56,058 nt of DNA from Arenicellales bacterium. Lineage in GTDB: Bacteria; Pseudomonadota; Gammaproteobacteria; Arenicellales; JAOTWM01. Below the pieces are notes generated by a model. That model did not search any database. It saw only the letters and a list, made by a program, of their open reading frames with translations, and was not told where the DNA came from. The position numbers and the translations under genes are program-made. The stretch is from NCBI GenBank assembly GCA_964194565.1, contig CAXMMZ010000099.1, positions 1-56,058 on the forward strand, read 5' to 3'. Each line of letters begins with the position of its first letter. The stretch's first letter is position 1. Positions 1-8,885 of this stretch are shown in pieces.

Positions 1-300
1 CGGGCCCAGCGAACTGATGGCGCCGGCGGCGAGCATCGCCCCGGCAGGGATGCGGATAAAGCTATGCAACACGTCCCAGCCGGTATCGACGCCGGGAATT
101 TTATCGGCAAAGAACTCAACGCAATACATGACGGCCGCCGCGCCCATAACCATCGGGTGCTCGACTACCTCGAGACTGGGCGGCAGTTCGATTGACCCGC
201 TGCTGCCCATCCAACCCAGCATAAACAGTGCGGCGTACAAGTTGATGCCGCTGGCCCACGCGACTCCCATGGTGGCGGCAATTGTGGCAACGACTTCCAT
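1..300 (-). CDS. DUF4126-like integral membrane protein (5' part only; gene runs off the window start)
   Basis: My translation of the minus strand from the ATG at 300-298, preceded by GAGGAGGG, gives MEVVATIAATMGVAWASGINLYAALFMLGWMG...VEFFADKIPGVDTGWDVLHSFIRIPAGA. The sequence is hydrophobic and the ADKIP..D motif is typical of DUF4126. It replaces the implausible +strand ORF 17-325. Confidence 0.6.
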   Translation of the reverse strand, partial: MEVVATIAATMGVAWASGINLYAALFMLGWMGSSGSIELPPSLEVVEHPMVMGAAAVMYCVEFFADKIPGVDTGWDVLHSFIRIPAGAMLAAGAISSLGP

Positions 301-355
301 TACTGCCCTCCTCGTGTTGGGCTAGGGGGAATGGTGTAGATCGATGCTTCGTGCG

Positions 356-1498
356 TTACGGCAGGAAGCACTCGATCACATTGTCCAGAAACCGGTAACC
401 GCTGGCGGTTGGTGCCACACGGTGGCCGTCGTTCGACAACCAGCCGCGTTGCACCGCGAGGGTCACGGTGTCTTCAACACTCGCAAACTCAAGACCGGTG
501 TGTCGGTGAAACATGTCGATATCAAATCCGGCAGTGAGGCGCAGCGCATTGAGCATAAACTCGAAGCCAATCTCGCGTTCTACCAAGCGGCGTGTTTCGC
601 CGATAACGGCATCGGAGCCCGCTTTAGTGATATATGAGGCTGGGCTGCGCACTTTCCAAGTCCGCTCAATCATCGCGTTATCGCTTACCTTGCCGTGGGC
701 GCCGGCGCCGATGCCGATGTAGTCGCCGAATCGCCAGTAATTCAGATTGTGAACGCAGCGTTGCTGCGGGCGCGCATAGGCCGATACTTCGTACTGATCA
801 TAGCCAGCCTCGCTTAACCTACTCTGAATGGACTCCTGCATGGTCCAAATTACGTCGTCGTCAGGCAGTGCCGGGCGTTGTTGGTAAAATCGCGTATTGG
901 GTTCGATGGTTAGCTGATAAATCGATAAATGCGCGGGTGCGAAGCCAATAGCTATCTCAACATCGCGTAACGCATCGCGCCGCGATTGTCCGGGTAAGCC
1001 AAACATGAGGTCGAGATTGACGCTCTGAAATTCCGCGCGTTGTGCGGCCTTGACCGCATGCCGTGCTTGGGCAGCGTCGTGCACCCGGCCCAAACGTTCC
1101 AACGAGTTGTCATGAAAACTCTGCACGCCGATAGACAGGCGGTTGACCCCGGCTTCGCGATAGCCGCAGAAGCGTTGTTGGTCGGCGGCCCCGGGGTTGG
1201 CTTCGACGGTGATCTCGGCATCCGGTGCGAGCACGACACGGCTGCGAATACCCTCTAACAGGCGGCACATTGCCGCCACCGAAAACAGGCTCGGTGTGCC
1301 GCCACCGAAGTAGATTGATCGCAGCGGCATTGCTCGGATGTTGTTGATTTCGAAATCAAGATCGTGCAACAACGCGTCGACGTAGTCCTGTTCCGGAATC
1401 TGCGCGGCGACGTGTGAGTTAAAATCACAATACGGACATTTGCGCACGCACCACGGCAGGTGCACATACAGCGATACGGCGTCGAGTGTCGTGCGCAT
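356..1498 (-). CDS. hemW: Radical SAM heme chaperone HemW (HemN-like, oxygen-independent coproporphyrinogen oxidase family)
   Basis: LYVHLPWCVRKCPYCDFNS CxxxCxxC motif and GGGTPS motif. Start moved to the internal ATG at 1498 (MRTTLDAVSLYVHLPWC) by analogy with the E. coli HemW N-terminus. Confidence 0.85.
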   Translation of the reverse strand: MRTTLDAVSLYVHLPWCVRKCPYCDFNSHVAAQIPEQDYVDALLHDLDFEINNIRAMPLRSIYFGGGTPSLFSVAAMCRLLEGIRSRVVLAPDAEITVEANPGAADQQRFCGYREAGVNRLSIGVQSFHDNSLERLGRVHDAAQARHAVKAAQRAEFQSVNLDLMFGLPGQSRRDALRDVEIAIGFAPAHLSIYQLTIEPNTRFYQQRPALPDDDVIWTMQESIQSRLSEAGYDQYEVSAYARPQQRCVHNLNYWRFGDYIGIGAGAHGKVSDNAMIERTWKVRSPASYITKAGSDAVIGETRRLVEREIGFEFMLNALRLTAGFDIDMFHRHTGLEFASVEDTVTLAVQRGWLSNDGHRVAPTASGYRFLDNVIECFLP

Positions 1499-1605
1499 AG
1501 TGTCGGATATTCTCAATGCGTGTGCGCTTGTGGCGGTGAGGTTAGCAGCGGCCAGCAATCGTTCAAGTGCGTCGCGTATTCGCGCTCCGCTGGCGGCCTA
1601 GCCGA

Positions 1606-2559
1606 TCAGTCAACGATATTGCGGGGCTCACCGCGGTGGAACGCGTCGATATTGGCCGCAATTTCGTCCACTAATCGTTGTCGAGTTTCCCGGCTCGCCC
1701 ATGCGTTGTGGGGTGTCACGATGAGATTCGGAATATCCGGATCCAGCAGTGCGTTGCCGTGCGTCGGCGGTTCGGTGGTCAATACATCGATTCCGGCCGC
1801 GCCGATCTCGCCATCGCAAAGCGCATCGGCCAACGCTTGTTCGTCGACGATGCCGCCGCGCGCGGTGTTGATGAGCACCGCATCGCGCTTCATCATTTCG
1901 AACTCTACAGCGCCGATCAGCCCTTTGGTGTCCGTGGTCAGCGGACAATGCAGGCTCACGACATCGGCGCGGCGCAACATCTCATCGAGCGCGACGCGTC
2001 CAGCCTGCAATGGTGTGCCAGGGCGATTCGCGATCAACACCTGCATTCCGAATGCTTTGCCGAGCTGTGCCACAGCACGGCCGAGTCCGCCGTAGCCGAC
2101 GATGCCCAGCGTAAGGCCGCTTAACTCGCGGATCGGAAAATCCAGTAGACAAAAATGCGCACTCTGCTGCCAACGCCCGGCGCGTACCGCGTTCCGATAA
2201 TCCAAAAGGTGTGTCTGCAACGCAAGAATCAAGGCGAATGTATGTTGAGTAACGGCCGGTGCCGCGTAATCACGCACATTAGTGACCACTACGGAGTGCG
2301 TGCGGGCCGCCTCGAGATCAACATTATTGGTGCCCGTCGCCGCCACCACAATCAGTCGCAATTTTGGCGCGGCCTCGAAACTATCGCTGCCGACCATAAC
2401 CTTGTTAGACACCACGACTTCGGCGTTGGCGATACGCTCTGGCACTTGTTCGGTTCGACTGGCGGGATACGACATCGCGTTCGGTAACACGGCGTCAAGC
2501 TGGCCGAGGTCCAGATCGCCTGAGTCGAACGAGTCGCGGTCTAGTATGACGCCATGCAT
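1606..2559 (-). CDS. D-isomer-specific 2-hydroxyacid dehydrogenase (glycerate/hydroxypyruvate reductase-like)
   Basis: NAD-binding GIVGYGGLGRAV motif and the catalytic region VVSLHCPLT...INTARGGIVDE...TPHNAW. Confidence 0.85.
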   Translation of the reverse strand: MHGVILDRDSFDSGDLDLGQLDAVLPNAMSYPASRTEQVPERIANAEVVVSNKVMVGSDSFEAAPKLRLIVVAATGTNNVDLEAARTHSVVVTNVRDYAAPAVTQHTFALILALQTHLLDYRNAVRAGRWQQSAHFCLLDFPIRELSGLTLGIVGYGGLGRAVAQLGKAFGMQVLIANRPGTPLQAGRVALDEMLRRADVVSLHCPLTTDTKGLIGAVEFEMMKRDAVLINTARGGIVDEQALADALCDGEIGAAGIDVLTTEPPTHGNALLDPDIPNLIVTPHNAWASRETRQRLVDEIAANIDAFHRGEPRNIVD

Positions 2560-2562
2560 GAA

Positions 2563-3039
2563 TTACAGTTTACCAATTAGAATAGTCGGGTTGGTAATGG
2601 TTATTGTAGCGTTCATAGCGCGGCACAACGGTATTGCGATCCGGCAGCGGGCCGCAATCCTGTTGGGGCCACTGTTCTGCGCGTTGTTGCCCCAGAACAA
2701 TTTCATCGGATTGCATGGACATTTGAGCCAATCGCGCACGCGGCCGGCTTCGGGGTGCCGTTTTTGCTCAGTCAACGTATACAACCCAAAGGCATCGGTA
2801 TTTGTGTTGTCTTGGCCGCGCGTGTTCGCGTTGCCTTGTTGCATAACCCGGCCGACGAAGATGTTGGCAAGTTGATACTGCGCTTTGCTGTGCCCTTGTA
2901 TCGAGGCGCGGCACAGCCAAGCCGTGGCGATACCGGTATGGTAAAGCGGCGTCAATTCGTAACAATACGAAACGCCGAGCCGATACTGCGCCTCGGCGTC
3001 CCCCCTATACGCCGTATCGACCCATTGCGAGCGGTACAC
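2563..3039 (-). CDS. Possible Sel1-like repeat protein
   Basis: Two Sel1-like motifs (GDAEAQYRLGVSY, GHSKAQYQLANIF). GTG start, no signal peptide, and an atypical C-terminal half. Coding status is uncertain. Confidence 0.4.
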   Translation of the reverse strand: MYRSQWVDTAYRGDAEAQYRLGVSYCYELTPLYHTGIATAWLCRASIQGHSKAQYQLANIFVGRVMQQGNANTRGQDNTNTDAFGLYTLTEQKRHPEAGRVRDWLKCPCNPMKLFWGNNAQNSGPNRIAARCRIAIPLCRAMNATITITNPTILIGKL

Positions 3040-3196
3040 TGCGATGTCGTCGTCGCTGCCGCGCGTGGCGCAAACCGACGGTGACTAGTAGCAGCACAGC
3101 GACGCAAGCGCGCCGGATACGGGCCGCATCCGCGATTCGCCACCGTCAGGTTGTGCAGCGCCGCGATCGGCTCCTCGTATACATTGGTTGTTCGGG

Positions 3197-3619
3197 TTAT
3201 TCGCCGCGTCGTACTCGGGTCAGCAAACGCCGGTCGCGTTTACTCGGGCGGCGAGCAGGAGCGACCCGCAATGCCGCGTCGGCGCGCAGTTGCTCGGCGC
3301 GTTGCTCGCGCTGCCGTCGACTGTCGTCGGTTTCCGTGTACAGGTGCCGTGCATCATTGGCGGCCAGACGCCGTGTCGAAAACCCGTTGACCCCGATGCA
3401 GTAGCGGTACGGATCGTGTTGCACGCTCAACTCGTCGCCGATCCGAATCGCCTTCGCGGGATTCGCACGCACTCCGTTGACGGTAATCTTGCCGCCCTTG
3501 ATGGCGGTGACCGCAAGCTGCCGCGTCTTAAAAAACCGTGTGACCCACAGCCAACTATCGAGCCGTTGCGTCGCCGGTTCGGCAGGTTCCCGGTTTGCGG
3601 ACAGAGCGTGGCTGGGCAT
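3197..3619 (-). CDS. hslR: Ribosome-associated heat shock protein Hsp15 (S4 RNA-binding domain)
   Basis: RLDSWLWVTRFFKTRQLAVTAIKGGKITVNG S4 motif and a basic C-terminal tail RRPSKRDRRLLTRVRRGE, as in E. coli HslR. Confidence 0.85.
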   Translation of the reverse strand: MPSHALSANREPAEPATQRLDSWLWVTRFFKTRQLAVTAIKGGKITVNGVRANPAKAIRIGDELSVQHDPYRYCIGVNGFSTRRLAANDARHLYTETDDSRRQREQRAEQLRADAALRVAPARRPSKRDRRLLTRVRRGE

Positions 3620-4054
3620 TACAATTGTATTACCTGAGGGGTAGCGATGTGGTTAAGGTAACTCACCGGGCCGGTCGATCGCCAATCCGGGTCGTAGACC
3701 CCACTCATCGAAATCTGGGATTGGGTGCCGTCAGCGCTAGGTATGGTAGGTGGGTGCGGCGCATCGCAACTTTCCGCGCCGGAGGTGCACCAGGTCAGTA
3801 ATTTCTATCCGCCGGTCGTGATCCGATTGAGCCGCCGTTGGGTATCGATGCTACAAATTACCCTCGGGAACCGGTGCTTTGCGACACGGTCTGAATCGAT
3901 GTGAGCAGGACCCCAAGCGAGCCGTTGCCAGAGTGCATCGATGCCGTTGATAGGGGGTTCCGGCCTGGAAATTGCGACTGCGAAATTGACAGGGTGGTAT
4001 ATACTGTAAGCAGTATGTTTACTCTAAATCTTATTCGGTCACGGCGGCACGGAG

Positions 4055-4735
4055 ATGCACCACAGGAAAATTAATCGATCCCGCCTCACGCCCGGCGCCC
4101 AGCTGTGGGCGGCTGTAATCTTAGTATTGTCGGGCCTATGGGCCACCGCGCCGAGCTGGGCATTGGGACCAGTCGATGGCGAGATCGGCTTGCAGTGGTG
4201 GTCGAACAATTTCAGTGTCGATGTCAGCGAGGGCGAAACCTCGGGCGGTGCGTTCGGCGGCCACGCCGAGGTCTGGTGGCAGGATAAGTGGGGATTAAAG
4301 GGCTCGTTGTACCGTTCGGACCTGGACGAGACCGGAATTGAAAGCGCTGACCATTTGAGTATCGACGTAAAGCGGCGGTTGTTTTCGCTGACTGATAATA
4401 GCTTTGTGGCGGTCGGGCTTGGTTGGGAAGATATCGATCTGGTAGATGGCACTAACAGTTCCGGTGCGCGACTGTTGCTCGAAGGGCGGGTCGGTGTGGT
4501 GGGCGCTCTCTATCTCTATGGGCAAACCGCGTGGTTCCCGTCGTTGGACGACGCCGGGCAGCGTACCGACCTCAATGGCAACGAGTACGAAGCCGGGTTG
4601 TCGTACGACCCATTTCCGTTTTTGTCGCTACGGGCGGGCTACCGACGATTTAAATTGGACTTCGACGACGACACGGGTTCGGGCGTATCCACCGAGACCC
4701 GGGGATTTATCTTCGGCGCCGGCCTTCACTGGTAA
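4055..4735 (+). CDS. Small outer-membrane beta-barrel protein
   Basis: Signal peptide (LWAAVILVLSGLWATAPSWA), alternating amphipathic strands, and a C-terminal aromatic residue (FGAGLHW). Overlaps the 3' end of the convergent cyclase gene by 10 nt. Confidence 0.7.
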   Translation: MHHRKINRSRLTPGAQLWAAVILVLSGLWATAPSWALGPVDGEIGLQWWSNNFSVDVSEGETSGGAFGGHAEVWWQDKWGLKGSLYRSDLDETGIESADHLSIDVKRRLFSLTDNSFVAVGLGWEDIDLVDGTNSSGARLLLEGRVGVVGALYLYGQTAWFPSLDDAGQRTDLNGNEYEAGLSYDPFPFLSLRAGYRRFKLDFDDDTGSGVSTETRGFIFGAGLHW

Positions 4736-7700
4736 TGCCCATTCCGTAGCGGTGGCCGCAAGGACGTCGGATCCTTCCCGGCGTCCCGCAGTACTTGTTC
4801 TGCGTCGATAAGGTCGGTGGTACCGAACCCCTCTCGGTACTCTGTGTAACAACGAGCCAGCAAGTCCAGCGCATCATCCGGCGCGGTCATGCCGTTGTTG
4901 AATCCGGTCAGACTCAGTGCGGCTCGTAGCTGTAGTGAACGGGCGCCTTGCTGGGAAGCGATATCCAACGCCGCGCGAAACGAATCTTCGGCCTCGGTCT
5001 GGCGGTCGCTTTGGACGGCCAAATACAATTCACCCCGTAGCCGGTGCAGTTCTGCCTCCCAATGTCGCTCCTCGCTATCATTGATTCGCAGCAATCCGTT
5101 GTCGATCGCGTCGAGCCCATCGCAATAGCGGCCTGACTTCAAGTGTGCCGCGGCTGCGATTGACATCACCCATGGCAATCCGATTCCCGCCTCGAGCCGA
5201 TTAATTTCATCGAGTCCCGATTGCACTTGCTGTAATCCGATTTCATGGTCGCCACCAATGATCGCGGAGTGTCCTTGGAGAATCGTCACTACCGAACGAA
5301 AGTAAGCAAAATCGTACTCCGTAGACAGCGCCATCATCTCGGATGCTAAGGTTTGTGTTACGTCAGTCTGCCCACAACATATTCTTGTTACGCATGCCCA
5401 AAATAATGCGAGCGCGACACTGAACGGTTGAGTAAGATCCTGTGCTGTACTGATTGCTTTGTCGCTCATACCGATCGCTTGGTCGGGCCGGCCAGAAATC
5501 CATAGTGTCCATGCCAGGTGCGCGTACAAGGTCGGCTGAATGTCGATTTGTGCCGCGAGGACGGTGGATTTCTTTTGCTGCGGGGCATAGGTGATTGCGC
5601 CCAGCTCAAGCTGCTTTCGGGCGGTGGTATATTCGCCGCGCCAGAATGCGCAAGCACCGAGCATGTAATGCCCAAGCGTGGTGGCGCGAGGGTCATTGCT
5701 TGTGGCAGCGAAATCCAACATGCGTTGGCCTAATATATGGGCAGTCGAGAGGTCGCCGCGCGTATAATTACAGGTGTACAAGCCGCGTAATGCATCGATG
5801 CGTTGCGTCGCGTCACCGGCTTTGGAGCTCAATTGGTCGGCACGCAAAAACGCCTGTTCGGTATCGTGGCCGGCAAATCCGCAGGTCGCGCCGTATGCGG
5901 CGCCCAGCAGTATCTGCAATCGTAACTCGCTTTCCGTCTGCGTGGGGTCGGCCGATTCGCTGGGCAATAGTTCCAGGCCACGGCGCGCATGGCCAATCAC
6001 TTCCCGAAACGCCGAGCGCTCGAGTGCCCGGCCTGCAGCCCGCTCCCAATACTGCGCCGCCTCAGGAGCCATGCCGGCGGCGCTGTAGTGATGTGCAACT
6101 TCCTCGGGTTCAGGGCTGGGCCCCACATTGAGACCTGCAGTCAGAACATGGGCGATGCGACTGTGTAACTGGCGGCGTGTTGTCCGTAATAGACTCGCGT
6201 ATGCTTCGTCTTGTACGAGCGCATGTTTAAATATAAAGGATTCTTGCGGCGCGGCGTCTTGTTGCGATATCAAATCGGCGTCGATCAAACGTGCAAGCCC
6301 ATCACGTATCGTACGCTCCGGCGATTCACACACCGCGCTAAGCATCTCGTAGCTGAACTCTCGCCCAATCGCGGCGCCAATTTGAGCCAACTCTTTGGCC
6401 TTGCCGAGGCGATCGAGTCGCGCCATCAGCGAGTCATGCAGTGTCGATGGAATATGCACGGGCGAGTGCGGGCTCTTAAGCGTAAAGCGATCAGCGTGCT
6501 CCTCAATTTCGTTAGAGTTCATTATCGCCTTCGTCAATTCCTCGACAAATAACGGAATACCGTCGCACTTACCGACAATTTGGGCCGGAAGCTCGGGGGG
6601 CAGCGATTTGTCGCCGGTGATGCGATCGACGATATACAAGCCGTGTTGATCCGAAAGCCGATCCAGTGCGATCTCGGTAACGTACGGATAGGTCAGCCAG
6701 TGCGGCGGAGCTGTGAAGTCGGGGCGATATGTGATTACCAACATGATGCGCGCTCTATCCAGGCAGTCGATGATGGAATCCAGGAAATCCATCGATGTCG
6801 GATCGATCCATTGCGCATCTTCAAACATTGTAAACACCGCCTCTTCCGACGACATTTCGGTGTACAGATCGATCAAGGACTGAACGGTGTGCTGTTTGCG
6901 TTGCCGAGGGCCGATGCCGTTGCTCATCCGTTCGGAGCGCGAATCGTGCAGTATCCGATCGAATATCTGTCGTGCTTTGCGTACTCGCTTAACCGTTTTC
7001 GGAATTTCATCGATTGGCGTGTTGTGAATATCAATATGTAGATTGTTGGTTACGTATTGTTCCGCCCGCTCAAGGTGACAGGTGAACGGATGCAACGGGC
7101 TATTGGTATGATGCGGTGAACATTGATAGATAATGCGAGTGGGTTGTTCGCTACGGACGCGGCGATGAAACTCCTCGGCGATTCGCGATTTACCGATGCC
7201 GGCGTGGCCGTGTATCAACACGACCTGCCCGCGTCCGGCCCTGGCCCGGTTCCAGCAGCTGAATAACTGGTCGAGATCCGCATCGCGACCTACCACCGGT
7301 GTTAACCGCTCCGACTTGGCCGCGGTAAACCGCGTGCGAATCGTTTCGGAGTCGTCCACTGACCACACCCGCACCGCGACGTCGATTCCGTTCAGATGTT
7401 GATTTCCAAGGTCTTTAAAGTCAAAAGTTCGGCCCAGCAGAAGCTTGGTCGTATCAGCGACCACTACCGAGTTAGATGCCGCGGCGGTCTGCAAGCGCGC
7501 TGCCAAATACGGGGTGCTGCCGACGACCGCGTTTTGCTCGGAGGCGCCGTCACCGATCAAGTCACCAGCTACCACTAAACCCGTGGCGATACCGATGCGC
7601 ACAGCCAATTCGGCGGTTTCGCTCGCGGGTAGTGCGGTTTGTAGTTCCGGTACAGTGCGAACGATGCCGAGCCCGGCGCGAACCGCGCGCTCCGCGTCGT

Positions 7701-8139
7701 CCTCGTGAGCCAGCGGATAGCCGAAATAGGCCATTACCCCATCGCCAACGAAGCGCGCGATACGACCGTCATAGCGGATGATGAGCGAATGGCATAACGC
7801 CTGATAGGCTCGAATGAGATCACGCATATCTTCCGGATCGAGTCGCGTTGTAAGCGCCGTGGCACCGACTAAGTCGCAAAACATCACGGTGATTTGCCGG
7901 CGCTCACTGGCGGCCGAGCGTACTTTGAAGTCTGATGTTGGCGCTGCAGAGTTCGTGACTGATGGTGCTGACCGGAATGGGTTCGCGAGTGCCCGGCCGC
8001 AGCCACCACAGTACGATTCGCCGGCGAGATTATCGAATCCACAGGCGGCGCACCGCAGAGCAAGCGCGGCGCCACATTGCTTACAAAACCGCCGCTCTTC
8101 CCGATTCGCCGTATGGCACACGGTGCACGCCAAGCCCAT
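4726..8139 (-). CDS. Multidomain signalling protein: double zinc ribbon, class III nucleotidyl cyclase domain, AAA_16/STAND P-loop ATPase and TPR array
   Basis: CTVCH..CKQCG / CAACG..CGGCG zinc ribbons. Cyclase motifs FCDLVGAT, FVGDGVMAYFG, VRIGIATGLVVAG and GSTPYLAARLQ. Walker A GHAGIGKS, Walker B-like MFEDAQWID, and a long helical-repeat C-terminus. Confidence 0.9.
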   Translation of the reverse strand: MGLACTVCHTANREERRFCKQCGAALALRCAACGFDNLAGESYCGGCGRALANPFRSAPSVTNSAAPTSDFKVRSAASERRQITVMFCDLVGATALTTRLDPEDMRDLIRAYQALCHSLIIRYDGRIARFVGDGVMAYFGYPLAHEDDAERAVRAGLGIVRTVPELQTALPASETAELAVRIGIATGLVVAGDLIGDGASEQNAVVGSTPYLAARLQTAAASNSVVVADTTKLLLGRTFDFKDLGNQHLNGIDVAVRVWSVDDSETIRTRFTAAKSERLTPVVGRDADLDQLFSCWNRARAGRGQVVLIHGHAGIGKSRIAEEFHRRVRSEQPTRIIYQCSPHHTNSPLHPFTCHLERAEQYVTNNLHIDIHNTPIDEIPKTVKRVRKARQIFDRILHDSRSERMSNGIGPRQRKQHTVQSLIDLYTEMSSEEAVFTMFEDAQWIDPTSMDFLDSIIDCLDRARIMLVITYRPDFTAPPHWLTYPYVTEIALDRLSDQHGLYIVDRITGDKSLPPELPAQIVGKCDGIPLFVEELTKAIMNSNEIEEHADRFTLKSPHSPVHIPSTLHDSLMARLDRLGKAKELAQIGAAIGREFSYEMLSAVCESPERTIRDGLARLIDADLISQQDAAPQESFIFKHALVQDEAYASLLRTTRRQLHSRIAHVLTAGLNVGPSPEPEEVAHHYSAAGMAPEAAQYWERAAGRALERSAFREVIGHARRGLELLPSESADPTQTESELRLQILLGAAYGATCGFAGHDTEQAFLRADQLSSKAGDATQRIDALRGLYTCNYTRGDLSTAHILGQRMLDFAATSNDPRATTLGHYMLGACAFWRGEYTTARKQLELGAITYAPQQKKSTVLAAQIDIQPTLYAHLAWTLWISGRPDQAIGMSDKAISTAQDLTQPFSVALALFWACVTRICCGQTDVTQTLASEMMALSTEYDFAYFRSVVTILQGHSAIIGGDHEIGLQQVQSGLDEINRLEAGIGLPWVMSIAAAAHLKSGRYCDGLDAIDNGLLRINDSEERHWEAELHRLRGELYLAVQSDRQTEAEDSFRAALDIASQQGARSLQLRAALSLTGFNNGMTAPDDALDLLARCYTEYREGFGTTDLIDAEQVLRDAGKDPTSLRPPLRNGHYQ

Positions 8140-8345
8140 AGATATCCCCTTCCTCGCGAATCATCGCAAAACGCTCGACCTTGCACGACGCGGCAATGAT
8201 CGGTTTGAAGTGGGCCTCGGCGCGATGTTTTCCACGATTCCCCACTTCCACCTTAGCGCGGTGGAGTTAGCGGGTCAAACCAGTGGAGTCGGTGAGAGCT
8301 TGCGTTCGGAATTCACAATACAATAGGGACGTATGAGACGGCGCG

Positions 8346-8460
8346 ATCCCGGATATTTCAGGAAGGCGGAGCATATTGTAAAAGTCCTTATCGTGAATTA
8401 AGGGTGTATAACGATCGTAATGAATAAGGATTCCGGGCCAATCTTGAGATATCCGAGCTG
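8346..8460. mobile_element. Short (about 115 bp) copy of the MITE-like family
   Basis: Termini CCCGGATATTTCAGGAAGGCGG and CTTGAGATATCCGAGCTG resemble the family's inverted termini. TA flanks are not preserved. Confidence 0.45.
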
Positions 8461-8872
8461 GTACTCTATCAAGTTGATATGGGTGGATGCAGCAAACCGA
8501 GAAGCGGCCAACCGCTAGGCGCGCGACCGCGGGACTAGCCGTGGCTAATTTCAGCGAGCGCACCCAATCGGCCAATGCGGTGTTGCCTACAGGGATGTAG
8601 GTAATCAGCGAGAGCAGGGACGCGGCAGCGTTGCCTACAGGGATGTAGGTAATCAGCGAGAGCACGTCTACAGGGATGTAGGTGGTGCGAGTCCACGGAT
8701 GGACGAGGTAGAACGAAGCAGGAGCTAGAGTCGAGAGCAATGCAGGAGCAATTGCCGAGGGACGCGGTAGCGTTACAGCCCTTAGCAAGGGCTGGCCATC
8801 GCCGGCGGGCTGTGCCTTGCCTTGGCCGATCGGGTGGACTCTGCACCCGTCAATATCAACTTGATAGAGTAC
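8461..8872. repeat. 412-bp segment bounded by perfect 20-bp inverted repeats (GTACTCTATCAAGTTGATAT)
   Basis: The reverse complement of 8853-8872 is identical to 8461-8480 (20/20). Each arm contains the palindrome TATCAA-N-TTGATA. The right arm ends 13 nt before the start codon of the Crp-family gene. Confidence 0.8.
8582..8683. repeat. Tandem repeat: two identical 35-nt units and a third partial unit, each carrying the hairpin/palindrome CCTACA-GGGA-TGTAGG
   Basis: GTTGCCTACAGGGATGTAGGTAATCAGCGAGAGCA occurs at 8582-8616 and 8630-8664. CTACAGGGATGTAGGT occurs at 8668-8683. Related fragments lie at about 8551 and 8759. Confidence 0.85.
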
Positions 8873-8885
8873 TAAGGGGGATTCC

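Noticed and set aside
17-325. 102-aa plus-strand ORF at the window start
   Set aside because: The opposite strand encodes a convincing DUF4126-type membrane protein with a strong SD and an ATG at 300. The plus-strand ORF is its antisense shadow.
3620-4054. 435-bp gap between hslR and the barrel-protein gene, examined for an ncRNA or a LexA-like box (TACTGTAAGCAGTAT)
   Set aside because: The near-palindrome does not fit CTGT-N8-ACAG. No terminator or conserved structure is visible. It is most likely just a promoter region.
8582-8683. Possible CRISPR array (35-nt identical repeats)
   Set aside because: There are only about 2.5 repeats. The spacers are 13 nt and 3 nt, far shorter than CRISPR spacers. 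No cas genes are present. It is a tandem repeat inside the IR-bounded element.
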